A stretch of 44,999 bases of DNA. It comes from an uncultured Gammaproteobacteria bacterium (GTDB lineage Bacteria > Patescibacteriota > Patescibacteriia > UBA1558 > GWA2-36-10). Where the stretch lies: positions 1-44,999 of the forward strand of contig CAYUER010000003.1 in NCBI GenBank assembly GCA_964443785.1, given 5' to 3'. Positions 1-8,633 of this stretch are shown piece after piece; positions within the stretch are counted from its first letter, which is position 1, and each line of letters starts with the position of its first letter. The notes beneath the pieces were generated by a model. The model made no database searches and had not been told where the DNA came from. It saw nothing but the letters and a program-made list of their open reading frames with translations. The translations under genes were made by a program, and so were the position numbers.

Positions 1-3000
1 AGGATAAGATTGTCTCAATGGATCAAATTCAAAATTGCTATAAAGAGTATAGCTCTTGCCAGTATCCTGCAACATATAGCCATAAATACTGGAGTTATCC
101 AAACAAGAAAATACTCTAGTGACTTCATTCCAACAGGTTTCTGGATCAGCTCCTTCCTCGGCGCAGGTAGAAAATCTATTGATCGGATCCACTGGCAAGC
201 TCTGTCGCAAATCACTAGCCAAGGTCTGCTGCCAAGAAGGCCACTTGCTATTGGTCTGACCAGGTACAAAAGTGCCGGCATTGAGCTGCGGATAATAGCT
301 CACGCAAGTACCAGCAGGAGCACACTGACTATCTTGAGTACAGCTGATTTGACTATTGTGACTACAGGCTCGATGAGCTAGACCATACTGACTCAAATAT
401 TTTTTCACTGGCAAGAGATCAGTCAAACGCTTGACATCACGCCTGAGCTTCAAAGATTTTGATAAGCAAATTTCATTGGCTGGGCAGTCAAAATCTGTAG
501 AGCAAGCCTCTCTAATACCATCCCCTGCTGAATCAGTACATAAATTATCATCATTATGGACAGTGAAGTTAGAGTTAGTATTTAACTGAAAATTAGCCAC
601 CAACTGATCATAGATAGCCTTGGTCTGCGCATGAGCTCCCAAGCTATAAGAAATAATATAAATATTGGTATAAAGAGTATCGCCGTTCAAATTGGCTGCA
701 GAAATATAGGTAGTATTGCCAACTTGCATGGCCTCATAGCCATCGACCGTCAACATCTTACCAAGAGTGTCACCTGGAAATTGCGACTTGTACCACTCAC
801 TGACGCTCAAGTGTTCTGCATTAGGCATGACTCTAAAGGCGATAAAGTTGACTGCACTGGCACTGGAGACATTAACCTCTACTGTACTATCACCAGAGTT
901 CAGAGAGCTGCCATCGCTACCTACTGATATGACCCGATAATTGTAAGTACCACTAGTATCGACATTATCAACATAAGAAGTAGCGTTTGAGTTTGCCGGC
1001 AAAGACTGGATAGTTGACCAAGTACTGGCACTATTTAATTTTCTCTGTACTTCAAAATGATCAATATTGGTACGCACGCGTGGCAAAGCAAAATTGACTG
1101 TCACTACCGCGCCGTTGACTCCGACTGTATTCAAACTTGGTGCTTCATAATCAGGCAAAGTCAATTCTCCATCAGTCTGACCAAGGGCGCTTGGTACACT
1201 AGTGAATTGGCTAAAGTTCTGCCAAATATTTACACCTTTGTTTGACTGCTTAGGCAAAGCTGTATAGGCTAAGCTACCCAAAGAATTATTTTGCGCTGTA
1301 GTACTATTGACTCTGACTGTAAATAAATATTCACCAAGATTATTGGTATTGCTACTCAAAACTGGCGGATAGCTCAAATACGGCAAGGAAGGACTATTGT
1401 CTGTAAATTTGGCACAATAATAAGTAGAAAAATTCAAACCTTTGAGAGTTTCTACCCAAGGAAAAGCACTGAGACTTGGCCAAGGATTTTGACACAAGAA
1501 GACAGTGACAGCGATACTAGCTGTAGCCGAGCCCAGATTGACTCCTGAGATGGTACCAGAGACACGGACTGAGACACGAGCCTTACCATTTTCACCAGCC
1601 TTGACTGTGACCTCTGGTGATGTCTTGTCAGTCAAGATGACACTACTTTCATCTGGACTAGCTTGCCAAGAATAATTCAAACCGGCACTAGAAAGAGTAG
1701 TAGCCTGACGACTATAAGCGGTCACTGAATATTTGTGTTGATTGCCAGGATCAGTGGATTGATCGCCTTCACAGTTATTACCACCGCAGGTGAACCAATC
1801 AGCTTCTGGATCAGTGATCAAATAACTAATCTTACAAATCTCATCACCAGTAGTAAAGAGCCAATTGTTAGCTCGTAACTCTGCTGGGCTAGTAGCCAAA
1901 TCCAAAGGCATGCCATTGGCACTGACTATACCAGTTGGTGGCACGCCATTGCCCAAAGAAATCTTATACTGCGTACTGACTGCTAATAAATCTGTCGGTG
2001 AAAAAACTGCCTTGGTTTGGTTGTTGAGACGATCAGCGTCCAAGCCATCAACACTAGAAAAGGCAAAAGTGCCTGCTATCTCTGCACCAGTGGCATTGTT
2101 GTATAGTTTCAAATTATTCCTGATGCTATCCAGATTCATTTTTTCACTAAACACTAGCTCAATCGCTACATTGCGACACTGAGCAGTCGCTCCTGGTGGC
2201 TGAGGACTATAGCTCTCTATGTAGGGATCGGTGTAAGCTGGCAAATTGAGTGTGATATTGAGACGACCAGGTGTTGCATCAAAACTACTAGCGCCATTGG
2301 TCACTCGGTTTTGAATATAAGCAAAATCTCCAGTATTGGCTGTCATGGCTACCAAGGCTGTTGTGTTTTTGTTAGTCAGGGAGCCTGAAATACTAGCCAC
2401 TGAGACATTACTCGATGACCAAGCATAAGAACAATTGCGACAATTGACCCTGATGTTACCACAAGAAATAGTATTACTGGTAGTCTCGACTGTGTAGCCG
2501 ATACGCTGATTACGCGCATGGGCTAGAAAATTAGCTTGCGATACTGTGGCCCCAGTGACTGCGCACTCCTCTGAACCAACTATAAAATACCACTCAAAAT
2601 TTTGGTCTAAACTATTACCATGAATATTTTTGACCGCAGTGGATATAGTCACTTTATATCTATGGCCAGTGACCAGAGCGTTGTGATTGATCTCCCAAAC
2701 ACTCTCACTACTAGCATTATTAGTATCATTCAAAATACTACTCACGCCTGTAGACACTGTAGAGCTATCAGCTGTATCAACTATATTAATATTAGTATTG
2801 TTAACTGTGCTGATATCTAGCGGTGTATTAAAATGCATACCAATCACAGCATTGGTGCAGGCATTGCCACAATCCGGATAATGCTCTGTCACTAACAAGC
2901 CCTTGAGATAGCTATTGTAGTCAATCAATAAATCCGTATTAGCACTAGCTGACCTAGTGCTCTGGGTAATGGTACAAGCAATGCTTGTCTGCCCAGTCGG

Positions 3001-5958
3001 TGGTACTACATTAGCAGTGGTAAAGGCGGCTACTTCTTGATTGCCAGTGGCAATGGTAGCAATATCCTCATCACTAGAGCTCCATTGATAGTTACAATTA
3101 TTACACACTAATCTTTGGGCGCCACAAATATTGACATCAGCTGTTGGCGCGGCACTATAATTGACCTGCTGACCAGGACGACGAGCTGTATAATTCAAAG
3201 GAGTGATGCTCACGCCAGTAAATTCACAAATACCTTGACCAACTGTAAATTGCCAATAATAAGGACTTTCCAAAACTTCCAACTCCTCACTCTGTATACT
3301 TTGACTGACCGTGACAGCATAAGTATGATTCAATTCTAGGGTGCCTCTATAGTCCAACACTACCGTCGCTGGCACATCTGCTCCAGGATTTTCAGTCAAA
3401 ATCGCAGCGTCAATAGTCACATCTACTGGACTAGCTGGATTAGTAATATCTACAATACTATAATTATCAACATCAGTAGCTGTATTGTTTTCCAATAAAA
3501 CATTGAAGCCCACTCCAATTTGCGCATTGCCACAAGAGCTATCGCAGGCTGGCCAATGATCTACTACTTCCAAAGGTGTCACTGGTGTGGGCACTGTACT
3601 AAAATTCCAGCCATAAGTACACATGCGCGTATTAGTACAGCTAGCAGCGCAATAATTACCAATAGCATTTTGGCAACAAAGCTGGCCAGAAGGACAATTA
3701 CTATCACGACTGCAAGAGCCGACACTAAAATTAAGCTCATTGGAAGCCACGCCAGCACTCGAAACTACTGCTACTGGACCAGTCTCAGCGCCCTCAGGCA
3801 CCCGCGCATATAGCGCGCTATTATTACCCCAAGAATTTGCGGGGCTAGTTTGATTGTTATAAAAACGAATTTGCCCAGCACTGGTCCCAAAATTATCACC
3901 AAAAAAACTCACTTGCGTAGTATTTTTTTGCCCATTATCTGGATAGATAGCGCACAAGCCTGGTCTCAAAGTATCAGTATTGACGGCAAAAGGCTTGGTA
4001 TTGCTTTCCTTGCTATCAGAGCGCACGACTTTGATATCATAGCTAGTACCGCTACTCAAAGCATCTGGCACTTTGACCATGATGCGACTATTTGACCAAA
4101 TAGAGTTGGAGCACTGCAAAGGAAAATCAAAACTAGCTGGTGTAGTACCAAAAAAGACATTACCACTCAGCCTCGTATTGCCAAAATTAGTACCATTGAT
4201 CGTCACATAGGTAGCAACTGGACCAGCTGTCGGTGTGATATTGACTATTTCTGGGTCACCAGCCAAAGCCTCAGTGATATTAAAAGGATAAGGATTGCTC
4301 AAGACAGTACCAGCATTGAGCTGAACACCGACCAAGCCAGTGCGCAAATTTGGCACATTGGAAATAGCCGTGTCATTGCTTTCATTAATATCAGTATTAT
4401 AGCCAGCTATACCACCGTATTTTACTACATTTTCTGTGGCATCGATAAAATTCACTCCCGTGATCGTCACCTCTGTATTCAAAGCGCCTAGTCCAGGAGT
4501 AGCTGCACAAATACCAGGACGCGCAATATTATTGACATCAAAAGCCACACTATTACTTGGGACAGTGGCGTTATTGGGATACACGCGGACTGAGTAATTT
4601 TCTGTCAGAGATAGGCCAGTCGGCACGCCAACTATAATATCCGTATCTGTCCAGAGATTTTGACACAGCGGATTCATCTCAGTAGAGTTTGGCCATAAAG
4701 CTCTAGTCTCTACACCTGCTTGGTCAACAAACTCCACATGACCAGTGCCCATAGAGCTACCAAAACCAGAACCTTGGATGGTGATCAAGCTTTTTTCTTG
4801 ACCATTATCAGGCGTGATATAGCTAATATGTGGCCCGCTAAATTCTGAACCACCACTACCACTACAGATATTGGCTGGACGACATTCGTTGCGACTGCAA
4901 CAAACTGAAGTACAGCTACTATCACAAGTGACGGAAAAATATTCTGAATCAGTCGGATCCAGAGGAAAAGCATCATTGGAAATATTGATGTAGCTAGCTA
5001 AAGCATTGCTGGGTATATCGAGTCTAATCTCGGTATCAGCCCAGCCAGTAAAAGGCACATCGATCTGAGCAGCGGCTGTACCATTCCAACCAGTCATATT
5101 GATAGCTCGATTACCTGTAGTGCCAAAATTGATACCCTTGATCACTACACCAGTACCCCTAGCACCACTATCTGGCTCAATACAAGCAATACTCGGGCCA
5201 GCTGTCCCGGCGCTTACTACAAAACCAGCTATTTCATCACTGCGTGTGTCATTTGCTACTGTAATAGAGTGCGTACCAACTGCCAAGCTAGGCACAATCA
5301 CTTTGACTGAATAATAAGTATTGCCATCTCTGGTAAACTGCTGACGCCAATAAGGTGTACCACAAGATACGAGACTCGCTGCCTCACCGCCAATGCTGAC
5401 GCGACTAGTGGCAGTATCAACATAATCGCCAAAATTCCAGCCAGAAATAGTGATATAGCCACCCACTGGCTTGGAAGATGGTCTGTATTTACAAATGCTC
5501 ATTTCACCGGAGCTGGTCGGTGGTGGACAAGCGACAACGCCAGTATAATCACCGCCACCGCTGTCGCCACCCCCATCACTGCTACCATCTCTCAAAACAT
5601 TGTCATAGAGATTGCCAATGACAAAATTAGTAATAGCATAAGAAGCAAAAATAATTGCCAAGCCAATAGTAGCTGAAATCAAGATTTTTTTGGCTTTATC
5701 AATTTGGTCGCGATTACCGCGTGAGCTAAACCAGAGCCAACCAGCGTACAAAGCCAAGAGTATGGCAATACCTCCTAGAAAATATAAGACAGTATTTACT
5801 ATGCCAGTCACAATATCAAACAAATCTCGGCTACCACTAGCAGTCACGAGACCACCCAAGACTTCGGTGCCAAATTCTTCACTTTGAGCCATTGCCCGCT
5901 CAGTCTGCCCGACTAGCAGATATATGAGAGCGCTCATGTATGGCAATATTTTTTTCAT
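1..5958 (-). CDS. Giant secreted/surface protein, at least 1986 aa, with the 3' end beyond the window. It has an N-terminal TrbC/VirB2-like (T4SS-pilin-like) signal peptide plus two-helix module, six IPT/TIG-like repeats, Cys-rich linkers, alternating SbsA-type and Big_2-type Ig-like domains, and an FN3-like domain.
   Basis: The ORF is absent from the supplied track because it has no stop in the window. My hand translation of the minus strand from the ATG at 5958-5956 stays open to nt 1 (5958 nt = 1986 codons, and the frame ends exactly at nt 1). The N-terminus reads MKKILPYMSALIYLLVGQTERAMAQSEEFGTEVLGGLVTASGSRDLFDIVTGIVNTVLYFLGGIAILLALYAGWLWFSSRGNRDQIDKAKKILISATIGLAIIFASYAI, closely matching the head of the 544-aa neighbour. 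Six copies of the motif G-x-x-(V/I)-(T/S)-(I/F)-x-G-x-(N/G)-F-(G/I) are present: GYITISGWNFG, GVVIKGINFG, SLITIQGSGFG, EVTITGVNFI, YVTINGTNFG, QVSFFGDNFG. Big_2-like WSSS..(I/V)A(T/S)I motifs also occur. No minus-strand fragment in this frame is listed in the track, which it would be if a stop interrupted the ORF. Confidence 0.8.
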   Translation of the reverse strand, partial: MKKILPYMSALIYLLVGQTERAMAQSEEFGTEVLGGLVTASGSRDLFDIVTGIVNTVLYFLGGIAILLALYAGWLWFSSRGNRDQIDKAKKILISATIGLAIIFASYAITNFVIGNLYDNVLRDGSSDGGGDSGGGDYTGVVACPPPTSSGEMSICKYRPSSKPVGGYITISGWNFGDYVDTATSRVSIGGEAASLVSCGTPYWRQQFTRDGNTYYSVKVIVPSLAVGTHSITVANDTRSDEIAGFVVSAGTAGPSIACIEPDSGARGTGVVIKGINFGTTGNRAINMTGWNGTAAAQIDVPFTGWADTEIRLDIPSNALASYINISNDAFPLDPTDSEYFSVTCDSSCTSVCCSRNECRPANICSGSGGSEFSGPHISYITPDNGQEKSLITIQGSGFGSSMGTGHVEFVDQAGVETRALWPNSTEMNPLCQNLWTDTDIIVGVPTGLSLTENYSVRVYPNNATVPSNSVAFDVNNIARPGICAATPGLGALNTEVTITGVNFIDATENVVKYGGIAGYNTDINESNDTAISNVPNLRTGLVGVQLNAGTVLSNPYPFNITEALAGDPEIVNITPTAGPVATYVTINGTNFGNTRLSGNVFFGTTPASFDFPLQCSNSIWSNSRIMVKVPDALSSGTSYDIKVVRSDSKESNTKPFAVNTDTLRPGLCAIYPDNGQKNTTQVSFFGDNFGTSAGQIRFYNNQTSPANSWGNNSALYARVPEGAETGPVAVVSSAGVASNELNFSVGSCSRDSNCPSGQLCCQNAIGNYCAASCTNTRMCTYGWNFSTVPTPVTPLEVVDHWPACDSSCGNAQIGVGFNVLLENNTATDVDNYSIVDITNPASPVDVTIDAAILTENPGADVPATVVLDYRGTLELNHTYAVTVSQSIQSEELEVLESPYYWQFTVGQGICEFTGVSITPLNYTARRPGQQVNYSAAPTADVNICGAQRLVCNNCNYQWSSSDEDIATIATGNQEVAAFTTANVVPPTGQTSIACTITQSTRSASANTDLLIDYNSYLKGLLVTEHYPDCGNACTNAVIGMHFNTPLDISTVNNTNINIVDTADSSTVSTGVSSILNDTNNASSESVWEINHNALVTGHRYKVTISTAVKNIHGNSLDQNFEWYFIVGSEECAVTGATVSQANFLAHARNQRIGYTVETTSNTISCGNIRVNCRNCSYAWSSSNVSVASISGSLTNKNTTALVAMTANTGDFAYIQNRVTNGASSFDATPGRLNITLNLPAYTDPYIESYSPQPPGATAQCRNVAIELVFSEKMNLDSIRNNLKLYNNATGAEIAGTFAFSSVDGLDADRLNNQTKAVFSPTDLLAVSTQYKISLGNGVPPTGIVSANGMPLDLATSPAELRANNWLFTTGDEICKISYLITDPEADWFTCGGNNCEGDQSTDPGNQHKYSVTAYSRQATTLSSAGLNYSWQASPDESSVILTDKTSPEVTVKAGENGKARVSVRVSGTISGVNLGSATASIAVTVFLCQNPWPSLSAFPWVETLKGLNFSTYYCAKFTDNSPSLPYLSYPPVLSSNTNNLGEYLFTVRVNSTTAQNNSLGSLAYTALPKQSNKGVNIWQNFSQFTSVPSALGQTDGELTLPDYEAPSLNTVGVNGAVVTVNFALPRVRTNIDHFEVQRKLNSASTWSTIQSLPANSNATSYVDNVDTSGTYNYRVISVGSDGSSLNSGDSTVEVNVSSASAVNFIAFRVMPNAEHLSVSEWYKSQFPGDTLGKMLTVDGYEAMQVGNTTYISAANLNGDTLYTNIYIISYSLGAHAQTKAIYDQLVANFQLNTNSNFTVHNDDNLCTDSAGDGIREACSTDFDCPANEICLSKSLKLRRDVKRLTDLLPVKKYLSQYGLAHRACSHNSQISCTQDSQCAPAGTCVSYYPQLNAGTFVPGQTNSKWPSWQQTLASDLRQSLPVDPINRFSTCAEEGADPETCWNEVTRVFSCLDNSSIYGYMLQDTGKSYTLYSNFEFDPLRQSYP

Positions 5959-5994
5959 GCTATATTTTTATTTTATTTTTTTAAAAAAATTAAA

Positions 5995-7629
5995 CTACTC
6001 TGCTGGGATCTGACAAGAATCACCATCACAAACTGGCCTGCCAGATGGATCTACTGTATCACACTCACAATTTGCGCCCTCACAACGGCAAGGATACCAA
6101 CAGTTTTGGTTGTTATCCATGATACCAGAAGTAGAAGTAGCCAAATAATCAGTACTGACATCAAAACGCTCGTGGTGTATATTGATCAGATTATTATCTT
6201 TGCCGTCAGCATCACCCAAGCGTAGCCAGTAATTCACTGGTGTATTAGCGCCTTTGAATAATTTAATATTAGTAGAATTAATAGAGCTAGACATCAAAGT
6301 CTCATCAAAGGTCATCCTGACTGGCTGAGACAAAGGAAAATCATTGACTGGACTCATATTGACCATCTTGGGTGCAGTGATATCAATAGTATTGAGAGTT
6401 TGAAAATTCCAAACATAATCAGCCGTCAAAGCATTGCCGACCATATCCTTGATATTGGTCGTGACCGTGCCCACAAAATCTTCTGGACCAGTCAGACAAA
6501 ATACATCAAGACCACAAGAATTTTGAGCACACAAAGTACTAGGTATAAACTCGACTGTCCGATATTGATTAGAAATGACATAGCGACCAGCGTCACTTTG
6601 CTCAGCACCAGCAGCATCTTGGTAGACCAGCTTGATATTGGAATATCCTGGTACTACACCAGAAGCCAAAGTGGGGTTGACTGCTTCTGAAAAATTAACC
6701 TGCACTATGGTATTGCGAGGTGACTGAGTATTGATCTTGGGGCGGACTGATACTACGCGTGGAGGCGTATTGTCAGAATAGGTACCGACTGTAAAATACC
6801 AGCTATAAGAACCAAAATTAAAGGCTTGTCGATCATCAGCCGTTCTGACATTGGCCAAAGTGATTTGATATTTAGTGTCTCTAGTCTGTTCGCCCAGTAA
6901 ATAAGTGCCACTAGTAGCGTCACCATAAGGATTGAATTCAAAAAGCTTAGGATCATCAGGATTGTAAGTGACCTTGATATCAGCGAGATTGACAGTGGGT
7001 TCACTAGCTTTGTGTAGACGAATATTCAAAGTATTGATCGGACAAGTTCTAGGATTAGTACCAGTACAATCAGAACTACCCGCATTGACAATGGTGTCAA
7101 TCTTCATTGGCTCTTTGAAAGTGATGTAAATATTGGTATTTCTCGGTATACCTTTGGCATTTGGCTCTGGATAATGATTTTCGATCACTCCTCCACCCAG
7201 ACCTATACCACCGCCATATTGAGGATCGCGCGTACCGTTTTCTAAATCATAAAAAGCCCTTTGGATAGCATCTTTGAAAAGCCAATTGACTATGGCATAT
7301 GAAGAAAAGATAATCGCCAAACCAATAGTAGCTGAAATCATGATTTTCTTGGCTTTATCAATACCGTCTTTATTGCCCCGTGAGCTAAACCAGAGCCAAC
7401 CAGCATAGAGAAAAAGTAAGACCGCAATAGCACCCAAAAAATAAAGGGCTGTATTGATGATGCCGGTCACAATGTCAAACAAGTCTCGACTACCACTAGC
7501 AGTGACCAAGCCACTCAAGGCATCTGTGCCAAAATCTTCAGCCAATTGAGCTGAGGCCAGATTTGGCAACAAAAAAATAACTGACACAAGACCAAAAATA
7601 AGGGCAGTTATTTTTTTTCGTATAAGCAT
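5995..7629 (-). CDS. Pilin-headed surface protein (544 aa): a TrbC/VirB2-like N-terminal module, SbsA-type Ig-like domains and a Cys-rich C-terminal tail.
   Basis: Complete ORF with ATG at 7629. It has a signal-peptide-like N-terminus (LPNLASAQ) followed by two hydrophobic helices around WLWFSSRGNKDGIDKAKK. The Ig-like (SbsA/Big_5-type) pattern PPRVVSVRPK...VQVNFSEAVNP and APKMVNMSP...VRMTFDETL is present. The last ~40 aa contain 9 Cys. Confidence 0.85.
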   Translation of the reverse strand: MLIRKKITALIFGLVSVIFLLPNLASAQLAEDFGTDALSGLVTASGSRDLFDIVTGIINTALYFLGAIAVLLFLYAGWLWFSSRGNKDGIDKAKKIMISATIGLAIIFSSYAIVNWLFKDAIQRAFYDLENGTRDPQYGGGIGLGGGVIENHYPEPNAKGIPRNTNIYITFKEPMKIDTIVNAGSSDCTGTNPRTCPINTLNIRLHKASEPTVNLADIKVTYNPDDPKLFEFNPYGDATSGTYLLGEQTRDTKYQITLANVRTADDRQAFNFGSYSWYFTVGTYSDNTPPRVVSVRPKINTQSPRNTIVQVNFSEAVNPTLASGVVPGYSNIKLVYQDAAGAEQSDAGRYVISNQYRTVEFIPSTLCAQNSCGLDVFCLTGPEDFVGTVTTNIKDMVGNALTADYVWNFQTLNTIDITAPKMVNMSPVNDFPLSQPVRMTFDETLMSSSINSTNIKLFKGANTPVNYWLRLGDADGKDNNLINIHHERFDVSTDYLATSTSGIMDNNQNCWYPCRCEGANCECDTVDPSGRPVCDGDSCQIPAE

Positions 7630-7655
7630 GGGATAATAAATTTAATTTTTAAATT

Positions 7656-8096
7656 TTATTTTTGAACTAATTTTTCCTTTACTAATCGCTGTACAATCTG
7701 ACCATCAGCTTGGCCCTGCAATTTAGCCATCACTTCTTTCATGACTTGACCAAAATTACTAGCACCAGTAGCCATGACTTCATCAACTGCTTTGGCAATA
7801 TCTGCTTCCGACAAATCGGGCGGTAAATATTTTTTTATAATCTCACACTCGAGATTTTCATGAGCTGCAAGCTCTGGCCGACCACCATCATTGAAAGCCT
7901 GAATAGAATCCAATCTTTTTTTCAGCTCCTTGCGCAAAATCAAAATAGCTTCCGTTTCTGAAAGCTCTGGTTTTCTTAGCTCAATAGCTTGATTTTTAAA
8001 AGCGCTCTTGACCATGCGTAAGGTTGAAACAAGCAATTCATCCTTGGATTTTTGGGCATTTATTAAATCTTGATCAATTTGTTTGATAATTGACAT
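7656..8096 (-). CDS. yqeY: GatB/YqeY domain-containing protein
   Basis: 146-aa ORF. The whole-length pattern is typical of YqeY (MSIIKQIDQDLINAQKSKD...LRMVKSAFKN...EAILILRKELKKR...YLP..LSEADI...GASNFGQVMK), and it sits next to rpsU as in many bacteria. Confidence 0.75.
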   Translation of the reverse strand: MSIIKQIDQDLINAQKSKDELLVSTLRMVKSAFKNQAIELRKPELSETEAILILRKELKKRLDSIQAFNDGGRPELAAHENLECEIIKKYLPPDLSEADIAKAVDEVMATGASNFGQVMKEVMAKLQGQADGQIVQRLVKEKLVQK

Positions 8097-8154
8097 ATAT
8101 AGCCATTAAAACATTGTCTATTATCCAAAAAAGATAATAGACAAAATTTAACGA

Positions 8155-8400
8155 TTATTTGCGTTTTCTCTTTTTCAAATCTGTTTCGTCAAGTTTACCG
8201 ATTTTCTTCAAATATTCGAGCTTGCCTGTGACTTTTTTACGACGCAAAGCACTCTCTTTGAGAGCTCTTCTAGTCTTTGGCTTGGCATAAAATCTTACTT
8301 TTTTAGCTTGTAAAATCTTACCGCTTTGAATAGTCTTTTTAGTAAATCTGCGTACCAAACTTTCAAATGATTCGTTGTCTTTTTTTCTTACTTCTAACAC
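8155..8400 (-). CDS. rpsU: 30S ribosomal protein S21
   Basis: LEVRKKDNESFESLVRRFTKKTIQSGKILQAKKVRFYAKPKTRRALKESALRRKK aligns to the S21 pattern (E. coli [20 protein letters not shown]...). The track ORF starts at a TTG at 8448. A GTG at 8400 preceded by the SD-like GGAAGGTGA and a 5-nt spacer fits the S21 N-terminus better. Confidence 0.8.
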   Translation of the reverse strand: MLEVRKKDNESFESLVRRFTKKTIQSGKILQAKKVRFYAKPKTRRALKESALRRKKVTGKLEYLKKIGKLDETDLKKRKRK

Positions 8401-8473
8401 TATCTTCACCTTCCTTTCATTAGGGTAAATATATTCTAAAATTAACAACTAAAAAGTCATTAATCTTACCTTT

Positions 8474-8502
8474 ATAATGCCAAATTTTAAAGCAAAAGTC
8501 AA
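8474..8502 (-). promoter_or_regulatory. Putative sigma70-type promoter for rpsU (TTGACT-17 nt-CATTAT)
   Basis: On the minus strand, TTGACT (8502-8497), a 17-nt spacer, then CATTAT (8479-8474). It lies upstream of rpsU and downstream of the hisS terminator. Confidence 0.35.
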
Positions 8503-8513
8503 CCCTGTTAAAT

Positions 8514-8532
8514 AGACCCGCGAGGCGGGTCT
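8514..8532. repeat. GC-rich 8-bp-stem hairpin (AGACCCGC-gag-GCGGGTCT) in the hisS-rpsU spacer
   Basis: A perfect inverted repeat read directly from the sequence. It belongs to a set of GC-rich palindromes that stand out in the AT-rich intergenic DNA. Confidence 0.5.
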
Positions 8533-8581
8533 CCTGTGTATAAATATTTTGGCTACTAAAGATATTTTTCAAACAAAAGAA

Positions 8582-8612
8582 CAGCCCAGTCCCGCACTGC
8601 GGGACTGGGCTG
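8582..8612 (-). terminator. Rho-independent terminator downstream of hisS
   Basis: A perfect 14-bp stem, CAGCCCAGTCCCGC-act-GCGGGACTGGGCTG. On the minus strand it is followed by the T-rich run TTCTTTTGTTTG. It lies about 22 nt after the hisS stop. Confidence 0.65.
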
Positions 8613-8633
8613 GATTAAAAAATTTAAATAAAA

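Noticed and set aside
10-5887. Many 60-120-aa plus-strand ORFs (for example 10-381, 631-927, 1865-2182, 3520-3813) and two minus-strand ORFs (15-281, 4785-4976).
   Set aside because: All lie antisense to or out of frame with the giant ORF. Their products are low-complexity, lack start context, and are best explained as shadow ORFs.
5949-5955. Homopolymer tracts right after the start codons of both surface-protein genes (A7 at 5955-5949 and A8 at about 7620-7613 on the coding strand) as slipped-strand phase-variation switches.
   Set aside because: The tracts are short and simply encode the Lys-Lys n-region of a signal peptide in an AT-rich genome. No evidence of length variation can be obtained from a single sequence.
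1-5958. The absence of long ORFs in the supplied track suggested non-coding DNA, a pseudogene field or an alternative genetic code (UGA recoding).
   Set aside because: The minus strand is open in one frame for all 5958 nt under the standard code, and long genes elsewhere in the window (gyrB, pheT, the helicase) also read through with the standard code. The ORF is missing from the track only because its stop lies outside the window.
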